A stretch of DNA of 55,906 bases from a virus (Duplodnaviria > Caudoviricetes), in IMG/VR virus record IMGVR_UViG_3300033067_001303, positions 1-55,906 of that record; one strand, written 5' to 3'. The translations under genes were made by a program, and so were the position numbers. Below, in pieces: positions 22,881-32,897 of the stretch (its first letter is position 1; each line of letters starts with the position of its first letter). Below the pieces are notes generated by a model. That model did no database searches. It was not told the DNA's origin and saw only the letters and a list, made by a program, of their open reading frames with translations.

Positions 22881-25592
22881 TTTGATATTGATAAGATGTA
22901 TATTATGTTTCCAAATTATAAAAAAATTAATAATAATCTTAAATATGTACCAGCTGAAAATGATTCTAAAGAATCAATTCAAAATAAAGTAATTGAGTTA
23001 TATAAAACTTTAATATTACAAAAAGATAACATTAAAAAAATTATGACACCTTTAGATCATCCTCATATTAAACAAGAGGCTCAAAACTTAGCACCAGCTA
23101 AAACTAAAGGTGATTTAGACAATTTTGAATTTATTCAAGACATTCAAACAAAATATTCATTTCTTGCAGGTTTAGCAGGTGTTGGTCAAGAAGCTAATAC
23201 TTCATCTGATTATGCAATGGGTACAATGTCTAATGTATATTATGAATCTGTAAATGTTGGTCCAAGATCACATCAAGGTGAAAGTTTTAAAAAAGAAATT
23301 ACTAAGAAGAATGGAGAGTCTTCAATTATTGATGAAACACTTACAAAATTTGATGAAATTAATACAATTACAATTACTGAAAGTGAATTAAAAGAATGGG
23401 TTAGCTCTTTTAATAAACAAGCTAAAAAAAACGGTTTAGATGAAATATCTTTTGAAGATGTAAAACATTATACTTCTTTTCCTATTTCAGATAGTATTTC
23501 AGCGTTAATGAATGCTTTTGTGGATATTGCAAAAGATCCATATATTACAAATATTAACTGGAACATGATGACAACTAACACTGGTAACATGTTACTTAGA
23601 GCAGGTGTTCATCCTTTTATAGTAACATCATTTTTAGCACAACCTATTATAAAAGAATATATTGATTTTGTTAGTACATATGAATCTAATAGAAAAGCAG
23701 ACCAAATATCTAATACTAAAGATGCTTTTAGAGTTTATAAAGTTGGAGAATTAATTAAAGATAAAACATTTATTATTAGTCAATTTGAAAGTGGTGAAAA
23801 CGCTGAAATAAATTATAAAACTTTTTATAATATTGTAGCTAAAAATACATTTGATTTAGAAAGTCTTGGAGAAAAATCTTTTACTAACACATATGTTTTA
23901 AAAGAAATTAAATCTCAATTAGGATTGCCTGAATCACATCAGTTTACAGAAAAAGATTTAAATAACATAAAAACAATTTCTAAAGAAATTATAAAACAAC
24001 ATTATTTATTTTTTAAAACTAAAGATTTTGTTGATTTTAGAATTAATGATAATCTTGGAAAGTTAAGAAATAATGTTTTTGAAAATAATCCATCATATCA
24101 AGCAGATATATTTGTTGACTTTTTAACATTTCAAGGATTTGCTAAAAAAGTAAAAGCTTCTGTAGATGCTTCTAAACATAGTGTTAACGGTATAGGTAAA
24201 AATACAACATCGTTATTAATAGCTATAAATAAAGTAAAAGATGTTCAAGATAAAGGTGTTATTAATTATAATACTAAAATGGAATATCCTGACGGAACTA
24301 AAAAAGTTTTAGGTTACAATTATGATAACTTATTAAATACAGCTAAAATAGTTCAAGCAAACCCTTTAATGTTTGTAGGAGCTTCTCAACATGTGTGGAA
24401 TGCTTTTAATAGTATATCGGTAAACATCTATGGTGATTATTTACAAAATGATGAACTTGGTAATAAATTAGATGCATTCTTTAAAAATTATTTAATGTCA
24501 GGATTTGATCCTTTAAATATATCTTCTAAAGAGAAAAGGGATTTAATTGAAAATTTACCTAAAGAATTTATTGAATTTAAAAGAAAACATTCTAAAGAAT
24601 ATAAAATTCTTGAAGAATTAAAAATTAATACATCACAAGGTAAATCTTTTATTGGTTTAACTAATAAATCTAATTCAAAAGAATTTACAGATCAAATGAT
24701 TAATTCTTGGAGAGAAATGATGGAATTTTATCCTGAGTTTAGTAAAAAATTAATTCAATATTCATTTATTAATTCAGGTTTTAATCCTACAACTACTAGT
24801 TTTTATCAATATATTCCACCAAGTTTCTTTTTTCAAAATAATTTTAATGGATATGTTAAAAAGTTTAATAATAAATTTACAGATAAATCTGTTGATTTAA
24901 ATTTTGTAGATCAGTTTTATTTATCTAATCTTAAAGATAGTCAAATTGTAAAATTTGTAAGTTCTAATAAAAAGATGAAAGATCAACCTTATTTAAAAGG
25001 TGGTGTTACATTATTTAGTAAAGATGTTACAAAAAAATTCATTAATGTAAGTAATGTGTTTTATAAAAGATTAGGTGTTAATTCTAAAGGTGAAAATATG
25101 TACACAGAATATTTACAAACATCTGAAGGTTTTGTTAAAATTAAACCATTAGTTTCAGAATTAGATAAAAACATTAAAGTGTTTAACATTAATGCTAATG
25201 AATTATCTTTAGAAAGTGATAACAAGTTATCTGAAGAACATAAAACGTTCTTAAAAGGTGTTTATAATGCATTTACATATGATACAAATAAAACAACTGT
25301 AAATGAAGATGAATTTGGTCAAGAAGATAATGTAGAAACATCTGATTTAAATAATAATATTATAGAAACTAAACAAGAAATTAAATCTGAAGTTAGTAAT
25401 ATAATTGAACCACAACAATTATCTTTATTTAATAACTTGCAAGAATCTAAAATAATATTAGGTTTAAAAGAAATGTTTAATAACGGTTTAATGTTAAATA
25501 AATTTAACGAATCAGGAATAAATAATGTAGATGATTTAAATAAATTGTCTGAAGATGAATTAGGAGAATTATTAAAAAAAATATGTAAATAA
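22881..25592 (+). CDS. Virion RNA polymerase, exon 2
   Basis: Begins FDIDKMY in frame with the ORF at 22896; NAFVDIAKDP motif; spliced product 1411+903 = 2314 aa. Confidence 0.88.
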   Translation, partial: FDIDKMYIMFPNYKKINNNLKYVPAENDSKESIQNKVIELYKTLILQKDNIKKIMTPLDHPHIKQEAQNLAPAKTKGDLDNFEFIQDIQTKYSFLAGLAGVGQEANTSSDYAMGTMSNVYYESVNVGPRSHQGESFKKEITKKNGESSIIDETLTKFDEINTITITESELKEWVSSFNKQAKKNGLDEISFEDVKHYTSFPISDSISALMNAFVDIAKDPYITNINWNMMTTNTGNMLLRAGVHPFIVTSFLAQPIIKEYIDFVSTYESNRKADQISNTKDAFRVYKVGELIKDKTFIISQFESGENAEINYKTFYNIVAKNTFDLESLGEKSFTNTYVLKEIKSQLGLPESHQFTEKDLNNIKTISKEIIKQHYLFFKTKDFVDFRINDNLGKLRNNVFENNPSYQADIFVDFLTFQGFAKKVKASVDASKHSVNGIGKNTTSLLIAINKVKDVQDKGVINYNTKMEYPDGTKKVLGYNYDNLLNTAKIVQANPLMFVGASQHVWNAFNSISVNIYGDYLQNDELGNKLDAFFKNYLMSGFDPLNISSKEKRDLIENLPKEFIEFKRKHSKEYKILEELKINTSQGKSFIGLTNKSNSKEFTDQMINSWREMMEFYPEFSKKLIQYSFINSGFNPTTTSFYQYIPPSFFFQNNFNGYVKKFNNKFTDKSVDLNFVDQFYLSNLKDSQIVKFVSSNKKMKDQPYLKGGVTLFSKDVTKKFINVSNVFYKRLGVNSKGENMYTEYLQTSEGFVKIKPLVSELDKNIKVFNINANELSLESDNKLSEEHKTFLKGVYNAFTYDTNKTTVNEDEFGQEDNVETSDLNNNIIETKQEIKSEVSNIIEPQQLSLFNNLQESKIILGLKEMFNNGLMLNKFNESGINNVDDLNKLSEDELGELLKKICK

Positions 25593-26086
25593 TGGATAAA
25601 TCAAATTTATTAAGTAAAAAAATTGTAGATACTTTAAACTACAGAATACAACAAGAAGATTATTCTTCAAGATTATATGAACAATTATCATTATGGTTAA
25701 ATGATAATGGTTATTTAAACACTTCTTTATTGTATAAAAGATATGCAAGTGAAGAATCTAATCATGCTAATTGGGCAAAATCATTCTTATTAGATTATGG
25801 TGTAACACCATGTCTTATGAAACTAGAATCTCCAGAAATGGAGATATCTGGTTTAAAAGATGTATTTGAAGTTACATTAGAACATGAATTAGATATTACA
25901 AGACAATGTGAAGAATTAGCTACAACAGCATTAAAAGAAGGTAATCATGTATTATATGCGTTAGCTTCTAAATATTGTGCAGAACAACAAGAAGAAATTG
26001 GTAAAGCAATTACTAATTTAGACATTTTAAAATTAAGTACTGACATGTTGATTATTGATCATTATGTCGGAGATAAATTATTATAA
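25592..26086 (+). CDS. Ferritin-like protein
   Basis: 164 aa; LNxRIxxExxSSxLY, EExxHA, LEHE, EQxEE ferroxidase-type pattern. Confidence 0.85.
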   Translation: MDKSNLLSKKIVDTLNYRIQQEDYSSRLYEQLSLWLNDNGYLNTSLLYKRYASEESNHANWAKSFLLDYGVTPCLMKLESPEMEISGLKDVFEVTLEHELDITRQCEELATTALKEGNHVLYALASKYCAEQQEEIGKAITNLDILKLSTDMLIIDHYVGDKLL

Positions 26087-26089
26087 TAT

Positions 26090-29000
26090 ATGAGTATATC
26101 TTGTCCAAATAAGCGCTTAAAAATATGGAAAGATTTAGTTCAACAGGTAGGTGAAAATAAAGCCTACCTGCTTTGGGCTGAATATGGTGGTAATGTACCT
26201 GATAATTATTATAAAAATGAAGTTGTTTTAAATAATGAAATTGAATCTACTGTTTTTTCTAAAGAAGTAGATTTTACAGATGTTATTGATAATTCACAAC
26301 CTGAAATATTTAATCAATCTAAAGCTGAACTACAAATTGTTAAAACTGAAAATCAAAACAAACAATTATTATTTGGTGAAAATAATTCTAATACTATTGA
26401 AGCTTCTGTAGTATTAACTAATTTGATTAAAAGTGATGTGTTTGATAAAATCAAAGAAGGTGATTTCTTTTTAGAAAAAGCTTTTAATTTATTAAATAAA
26501 TCAGGAGCATCTTTAAAATTAATTGATAGTAATCATCCTTTTTATAAAAAGTTTGACAGTAAAACAGTTATGTTGTACGATGCTGTAACAAACGATATTT
26601 ATGTATCACAAGATTCTTTAGATAATTTTAGTCAATATGATATTGTAAGTGCTTTTATTCACGAAGTTGTACATAGTACTACTGTAAAAGCTTACTTTAA
26701 TCCTAAAACAATGGCTGAAAAAGATTTTAAAGAATTTATAGATAAATCTTTTGAACAATATAAATATTTAACTACTAAAAGAGATTCTGATGGTAATTTA
26801 ATGTATGGTTTTACAAATCAAGCTGAATTTATTGCTGAGATTTATTCTAATCCTGAATTTAGAAAAGAAATTCAAAGTATTGAAAAAAATTGGTTAGAAA
26901 AATTAATTGATGTTATTCGTAGAATGTTTGACATGTCTAAGAATATAATAAATCAAGAATTAATTCGTTCTACAGTTTTATTTAATAAAGTTGAAGAATT
27001 TGCTGAAAAAGACATGTCTAAATGGAAAGGAACTTTAGTTAGAGATCCAAGATATGAAAGATTTGGTACAACATTTTCTAAAGAAATTCAAAAACCTAGT
27101 AATGCAACATTAGAAGATAAACTTACAAATTTGTTAAATCAACAATTAAATAATGTTGAACAAATTATGAAAATGGCATTATCTGCTAATAAAAAATATG
27201 GTTCTAAAAATCAAGGTTTTGTAACTAAAGTTGAACAATTAAAAGATTCTTTAAAAGTTGCTCAAAAACTAGATAAACTTGAAGGAATTAATAATTATGC
27301 AGATTTTATGATTGAACAAGTTAATTTAATTTATAATAACTTGAAAAACAATACTAGCAAATTAGATAGTTTAGAAGCTATTGAAAAATATCAATCATAT
27401 TTAGGTGCTAGTGATTTATTAAAACCTATTATGGACACTTTAAATGATGTTCGTATTAATGAATTAGACTCTGAAAATAAAGAATTTGTACAAATTATTA
27501 AAAATAAACTTATTGAAATTTCAGGAAAACACGATGATGTTTTATCTAAATTTAAAAACTATAGAGTAGATAATTTAAGAAAAGAATTACGTTCATCATA
27601 TTATGTTGAAAAAGTAGTTAAAGATTTTAGAGATGAACTATCTAAAGAATATCCTAAAAATAGTAGTTTAAGTAAAAATGAATGGATAAATCAAGAAGTT
27701 TTAAATCGTCAAGAAGAATTAGATTCTCGTATAGATAAAGAATTAAATGAAGTTATTGATGGTATTGCACCTGATATTTCAGCATGGGACAAATGGATTT
27801 ATAGTACTTTAAATACTAAATCAAGGTTAATTCAATTAACTCAAAAGGTTATATCTAAAATGAAATCTAAAATAGATGAATTAATTAGAAATAATGATTT
27901 CAAACTTAAAAAGTTAAATGATGATTTAATTACTGAAAAAGGTTCTTATAATATATCTAATTTATTAGAAACCGATTCTAATGGTGAAACGTTTTTAAAA
28001 GGTAAGTATTCATTAGAATTTAGAAATAAATATATAAACGAATATTCTAAATATTTAGATGAATTATCTGAAGTTACATCAAAGTTAAACAAAGAAGGTA
28101 AATCAACTTTAAATAACCCAGACGTAACAGAAATTAATAAAAAATTAAAAAATTGGTTAGATACAAATACTAAAACAATAAAGGGTCAAAAAATACCTAT
28201 TGATAAATATTTAACAAATATGAAATTATCTAAAGCTGAACAAGCAATATATGATGAATATATAAAATTAGCTAAAAATAGTGAAAAAGTATTTGGAAAA
28301 TCAGGTTCATTAATTAAAAAAAGTTTAGGTATTACTTATTATTCATTACCTTATAAAACAATTTCAGGATTAGAAAGAGTAATAACAGGTAAAGTAAATG
28401 TTGTAGATACATTAAAACAGAAAAAATCTGAATTTTTAGATTGGAAAATTGATGATATTGATCAATATGAAAAAATGTACGATTCTTCAGGTACACAAAT
28501 ATTTAATATACCTGTAATGTTTAGAAATAATTTAGATAAAGATTCTAAAGAATATAAACAGTCACTTAAAGAACAATCTTTAGATTTATTAACATTAATG
28601 AGATTAGAACATTTTAATCAAACTAATTTTAAAGTAAAATCTGAAAATGAAATGTTACTTAATACTATTGTAGATATTAGTAAAGAAAAAGATTATGTTA
28701 AAACTGAAGCTGGTACAAATAATTTAATATCTAATTTATTTGGAGTTCAAACTAAATATGTTACATTTAAAGGTATTGAGTCTAATGAGTATAAAAGATT
28801 ACAAAGTATTATTCAACAATCTTTATATAATGTATTTAAAGAAGAAGGTGTTAAGATAGCAGGTAAAGATTCTAATAAAATTGTACAATCTGTAAATAAA
28901 CATACTTCGTTTTTAGGAATGTCTTTAAATTATTTTAACGCACCTGTCAATGTTTTAAATGGTGAATTTCAAACATTTTTATTACGTGTTGCTAAAGATA

Positions 29001-30262
29001 TTGATAAAGGTAATTTAAGAAGTGCACATATTGAATATTCTAAAGATTTAGCTAATATTGTTGCTGATACAGGAAGACCTGTTAAATTATCTAAAATTAA
29101 TCAGTTGAACAATATAATGGACATTTTTGGTGGTTTAACTCATGACCAACAAGATTTTATTAAAAATTCAATATTGAAAGGTGTTACAGACCCTCAAATG
29201 TTACAAATACTACAAAATGGTGGTGAACATTTAGTACAATCTGTTTTAAATATTGCTTTAATAAAATCTGTTAAAGTAATGAATGATAAAGGTCAATATA
29301 TTAATAAAGAAGGTAAAGTTGTTTCTGAAAAAGACTCAGCTTCTTTATATGATATGGTCGAACAAGATAAAGATACTAAACAGGTAACTATTAATAATAG
29401 TAAATTTGAATACACATCATTAAGTACTGTTACTAAATGGAAAGAAGGTGGTTTTGAAAACGTTCGTTTATATGTTAAAAAGAAGATTTTTGATACAATG
29501 GGTGAATATGATAAAAATTTTCAAAATGAAATTCAAAAACATTGGTGGGGGCAGCTTTTAATAATGTATAAAAAGTTCTTAATACCTTTAGGTTTAACAA
29601 GATATCGTGGTGGTGTAGCGTCTGCTTTTAAAAGTAAAGATAAATTAACTGAAGATGATAAACATTGGAATGAAGCATTACAACAATATGAAGAAGGTTA
29701 TTATATAACTACTGCTAGATTAGTTTTAGGAGGAATGTTTAATAACGGTATTGCTGGTGCTTTAAATAATTTAAAATATTCTATACTTAAAAGTAAATGG
29801 GAAGAATTGTCAGAATATGAAAAAGCTAATGTTAGAAAAGGTGTTACAGAACTAGGATTTTTAGTTTTAATGAACATGATATTATTACCATTACTTATGG
29901 GAATGGCTGGTGACGATGATGATGATTCATTATGGTATTTAGCAATGATGGGTCGTAGATTAGAACAAGAATTAGCACAATATACAGATATAGGTGATGC
30001 CTATAAAATTACAAGAAATCCAATTGCATCTTTAAATCTTATTGAAGATATGATTAATGTTAGTAAATTTACAATAACACCTACTGCTTGGTTTTCAGAA
30101 ACTAAAGATGGTGATTTAAGATTATATAAAGCATTAGAAAAAGTTGCAATTCCTTCAGCATTACGTCCTGATAGAGATTCCAAAACTATTTTAAGACATA
30201 TGAACAGAGAATTAATTAGACCATACGAAGATAGTATGTTCTACAAAATAATGAATGAATAA
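26090..30262 (+). CDS. Giant virion cargo protein with zincin (HExxH) metalloprotease motif
   Basis: FIHEVVH at ~26654-26674 followed by EFIAE; N-terminal CPN...W motif; hydrophobic C-terminal segments; crAss-like synteny. Confidence 0.75.
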   Translation: MSISCPNKRLKIWKDLVQQVGENKAYLLWAEYGGNVPDNYYKNEVVLNNEIESTVFSKEVDFTDVIDNSQPEIFNQSKAELQIVKTENQNKQLLFGENNSNTIEASVVLTNLIKSDVFDKIKEGDFFLEKAFNLLNKSGASLKLIDSNHPFYKKFDSKTVMLYDAVTNDIYVSQDSLDNFSQYDIVSAFIHEVVHSTTVKAYFNPKTMAEKDFKEFIDKSFEQYKYLTTKRDSDGNLMYGFTNQAEFIAEIYSNPEFRKEIQSIEKNWLEKLIDVIRRMFDMSKNIINQELIRSTVLFNKVEEFAEKDMSKWKGTLVRDPRYERFGTTFSKEIQKPSNATLEDKLTNLLNQQLNNVEQIMKMALSANKKYGSKNQGFVTKVEQLKDSLKVAQKLDKLEGINNYADFMIEQVNLIYNNLKNNTSKLDSLEAIEKYQSYLGASDLLKPIMDTLNDVRINELDSENKEFVQIIKNKLIEISGKHDDVLSKFKNYRVDNLRKELRSSYYVEKVVKDFRDELSKEYPKNSSLSKNEWINQEVLNRQEELDSRIDKELNEVIDGIAPDISAWDKWIYSTLNTKSRLIQLTQKVISKMKSKIDELIRNNDFKLKKLNDDLITEKGSYNISNLLETDSNGETFLKGKYSLEFRNKYINEYSKYLDELSEVTSKLNKEGKSTLNNPDVTEINKKLKNWLDTNTKTIKGQKIPIDKYLTNMKLSKAEQAIYDEYIKLAKNSEKVFGKSGSLIKKSLGITYYSLPYKTISGLERVITGKVNVVDTLKQKKSEFLDWKIDDIDQYEKMYDSSGTQIFNIPVMFRNNLDKDSKEYKQSLKEQSLDLLTLMRLEHFNQTNFKVKSENEMLLNTIVDISKEKDYVKTEAGTNNLISNLFGVQTKYVTFKGIESNEYKRLQSIIQQSLYNVFKEEGVKIAGKDSNKIVQSVNKHTSFLGMSLNYFNAPVNVLNGEFQTFLLRVAKDIDKGNLRSAHIEYSKDLANIVADTGRPVKLSKINQLNNIMDIFGGLTHDQQDFIKNSILKGVTDPQMLQILQNGGEHLVQSVLNIALIKSVKVMNDKGQYINKEGKVVSEKDSASLYDMVEQDKDTKQVTINNSKFEYTSLSTVTKWKEGGFENVRLYVKKKIFDTMGEYDKNFQNEIQKHWWGQLLIMYKKFLIPLGLTRYRGGVASAFKSKDKLTEDDKHWNEALQQYEEGYYITTARLVLGGMFNNGIAGALNNLKYSILKSKWEELSEYEKANVRKGVTELGFLVLMNMILLPLLMGMAGDDDDDSLWYLAMMGRRLEQELAQYTDIGDAYKITRNPIASLNLIEDMINVSKFTITPTAWFSETKDGDLRLYKALEKVAIPSALRPDRDSKTILRHMNRELIRPYEDSMFYKIMNE

Positions 30263-30269
30263 AGGGTCT

Positions 30270-30320
30270 AAAAAAAATGCCACTATAACTCAAACGAGTC
30301 GTAGTGGCATTTTTTGTTTT
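30270..30320. terminator. Bidirectional terminator at convergence of the two genome arms
   Basis: A-run, TGCCACTATAACTC-AAAC-GAGTCGTAGTGGCA, T-run. Confidence 0.88.
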
Positions 30321-30793
30321 TATTCAATTACTGCTTTTAAAGTTAAATTACAATTTTTAAATCCGTTTTCTTTTAAATTTATACGACTTAAAGGATCTTT
30401 ACTTATCCAACTTGGAGAATGATTAGAATAAAATATATTATTTTTTCTAATATTATAACAATATGTTAAATAAGGATATTGGGATGTCCCATAACCAATA
30501 TCTACTTTTTCATTTTGAAAATCTTTAATTTCTAATAAAATTTCTTTAACTGTTAAATTTGGAAAATAATTTTTAGCAATTACTATAAAATCATCAATAC
30601 TTCTATTTCTACCACTACTGCAATGTTGTTTACCTTTTTTATAATATGTATCGTTTGAATCACGTTTTACATATCTATCAAACAGTTCTTTAACAGAATT
30701 AAATTTTAAATTTTCTTCATTAAATCGTATTTTTCTAACTTTAGAATAATATAATTCTAAATCTTCTTTTGTTTCTACTTGACTTTTATTCAT
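30320..30793 (-). CDS. Hypothetical protein
   Basis: ORF; ATG (MNKSQ) overlapping the thyX stop preferred over the TTG start at 30817. Confidence 0.6.
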   Translation of the reverse strand: MNKSQVETKEDLELYYSKVRKIRFNEENLKFNSVKELFDRYVKRDSNDTYYKKGKQHCSSGRNRSIDDFIVIAKNYFPNLTVKEILLEIKDFQNEKVDIGYGTSQYPYLTYCYNIRKNNIFYSNHSPSWISKDPLSRINLKENGFKNCNLTLKAVIE

Positions 30794-31490
30794 TATTAAT
30801 TCTTTTACTAATAACATTTAATGTTTCTTTAAAAGGATTCCCTTCTATATTAGAAACTAAATCCCACATTTGTTGAGCTATTTCTCTAATTTCTAATTGT
30901 GCATGTTCACTATTTCTAAGTTTAATAAAATTAGCAAAACTTCTCATATTAAAACTAATATCTGCTTCTATTTGAGAGTTATAAGTTTTAAAAAATCTAG
31001 CACTTTCTTTAGCTCTTTTACGACCTAATACTGGTGTTAAATCTTCTAAACAATCATGATATAGTGCATTTCCTATTTCAGTATATTCTTTTAAAACAGT
31101 ATACCAATCAACATTTTCTTTATTCCATTTAATTTCATGAATTCCATCATTAATATATAAATCTTCAACAATTTTAATTCCTTTCCAATCTTCAGGAAGA
31201 TATATTTTATCTTCTTTTAATTCTTTATATCTGGCTGATTCACCATTCATAGAACTAATTCTATGTTTAAGTAAATGAATATGACTAGCTATTTCAGTAT
31301 CTACAAGAAAATGAACCATTCCTTTTTCAAATGGTGTTTCATGACCTGCCATCCAAAGATGTTCTATTAATTTAGGTATTCTAGCTTTTTTTTCATCTGT
31401 AAGGTCACGAGAAGTGCTTGTCCATGCAGAACAAGCTATTACTTCATCGTTACCATAATATCCAAGTAATTGGACTTTATTTTTATTCAT
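30786..31490 (-). CDS. thyX: FAD-dependent thymidylate synthase
   Basis: GHETPFE, KHRISSMNGESARY, E-ARF, NMRSFANF, HAQLEIR. Confidence 0.92.
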   Translation of the reverse strand: MNKNKVQLLGYYGNDEVIACSAWTSTSRDLTDEKKARIPKLIEHLWMAGHETPFEKGMVHFLVDTEIASHIHLLKHRISSMNGESARYKELKEDKIYLPEDWKGIKIVEDLYINDGIHEIKWNKENVDWYTVLKEYTEIGNALYHDCLEDLTPVLGRKRAKESARFFKTYNSQIEADISFNMRSFANFIKLRNSEHAQLEIREIAQQMWDLVSNIEGNPFKETLNVISKRINNE

Positions 31491-31493
31491 ATA

Positions 31494-32285
31494 TTATCTA
31501 CCTTTAAATTCTGGATATAATTCTTTACCACTGTCTGACTGCCAAACTTCTTTAGTATCTACATTCATAATGCTTATAAACCCTGCCCATCCTCCACCTG
31601 TATCAAGATTCCAAATATTAGCAGCATTCATAGGTTTATCTTCTTTCCAAAATTGTGTTGAAGTATGTCCTATAAATACTTCTTTAAAATCACCTACCAT
31701 TTTAAATTTAGGTTTTTCAATACCTTCTACTGCAGATATTGTATCATAACTTAATGCTTGTGACCATAAATCTCTATCCCACATTAATACATCTTCATCA
31801 TTATGAATTGGATCTTCTAAACTAAAATGTCTATTAAATCCACCATGTACAAATAATCTATTTTGTTTATCTATATGATAAGGTGTTTGATTTTTAAAAA
31901 AATTAATATGACTATCAGGTAAATGAGCTGTTGTTATTCTTGGTCTAGGAATTCCTGAAGAATAATCAAAAAGTTCTAAGTTTTCACCAATTAAATTTTT
32001 AACATAAGATTCTCCTGTAGCTTTAGCGCCTTGCATCCATTGTGCAGGATGTGTACCTCTATTAATCCAATATAACCACCAATCATCATGATTACCACGA
32101 ATAGGTATTAAATTTCTTATTTTAAGTAATTCTTCAACTACTTCAAAACTTTGACTATGACCATCTACAACATCTCCGAGAGATATTAATGTATCATTAT
32201 TATAATCAAAATTACATCGTTCTAAAGCTTGTTTAAAACCTTTATAGTTCCCATGTATATCTCCTACTACTAATGTTCTACTCAT
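31494..32285 (-). CDS. Calcineurin-like phosphoesterase (PPP/NinI-like)
   Basis: GDIHG, LGDVVD, RGNHD, FVHGG, GHT, LDTG. Confidence 0.9.
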   Translation of the reverse strand: MSRTLVVGDIHGNYKGFKQALERCNFDYNNDTLISLGDVVDGHSQSFEVVEELLKIRNLIPIRGNHDDWWLYWINRGTHPAQWMQGAKATGESYVKNLIGENLELFDYSSGIPRPRITTAHLPDSHINFFKNQTPYHIDKQNRLFVHGGFNRHFSLEDPIHNDEDVLMWDRDLWSQALSYDTISAVEGIEKPKFKMVGDFKEVFIGHTSTQFWKEDKPMNAANIWNLDTGGGWAGFISIMNVDTKEVWQSDSGKELYPEFKGR

Positions 32286-32413
32286 AATAACTTTATTAAT
32301 ATATTAATCCCTTTTCTATAATTAATTAAACCGAACATTAATGCTAACAAACATAATAAACAAAACCAAGGGAAATATATAATTTCTCTAATAATCCATT
32401 TAATTTTCCACAT
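32282..32413 (-). CDS. Small membrane peptide (43 aa), not in ORF track
   Basis: MWKIKWIIREIIYFPWFCLLCLLALMFGLINYRKGINILIKLL; fills the gap and overlaps the next gene by ATGA. Confidence 0.55.
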   Translation of the reverse strand: MWKIKWIIREIIYFPWFCLLCLLALMFGLINYRKGINILIKLL

Positions 32414-32897
32414 TAATTAATTCACTTAATAATTTAGGTTTATAATCTATAACTTCAGCAGATACGTTAATATAACATTTATCTGGTAAAGTATTCTCAT
32501 GTACATGACCATGTATATTAATATTAAATCTATATTCTAATTCACAAGGATGAATTGGTGCATGACTTAATATAATGTTACCAAATTCTTTATGTTTTAA
32601 ATATTTCATTGCTGCAACATTATTAACATGTTTTAATAATTCTGGTACATGCTGAGGTTCATCATGATTACCTAGTATTACTTTTTTAATACCATTTAAT
32701 TCATTTAACCAATAATATTGTGAAGCTTTTTCCATAGTAATGTCACCTAATATATAAGTGACATCTTTTTTACTAACTACAGAATTCCATTCTTTCACAA
32801 TATGTTTATTCATTTCTTCTTCGTCTTTAAATCCACGTTTAATAGCCATATTTCTATGACCAAAATGTGGATCACTGTAGTAACGAACGACACTAAT
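32400..32897 (-). CDS. Calcineurin-like phosphoesterase; N-terminus extends upstream of the called ATG, apparent ATT start
   Basis: In-frame (I)SVVRYYSDPHFGHRN supplies the DxH motif; then LGD, GNHD, SHAP, HGHVH. Confidence 0.8.
   Translation of the reverse strand: MSVVRYYSDPHFGHRNMAIKRGFKDEEEMNKHIVKEWNSVVSKKDVTYILGDITMEKASQYYWLNELNGIKKVILGNHDEPQHVPELLKHVNNVAAMKYLKHKEFGNIILSHAPIHPCELEYRFNINIHGHVHENTLPDKCYINVSAEVIDYKPKLLSELINVEN

Noticed and set aside
25592-26086. Ferritin-like gene as the beta subunit of the ribonucleotide reductase
   Set aside because: Size and motif pattern fit ferritin; it lies in the opposite arm; the RNR looks class II
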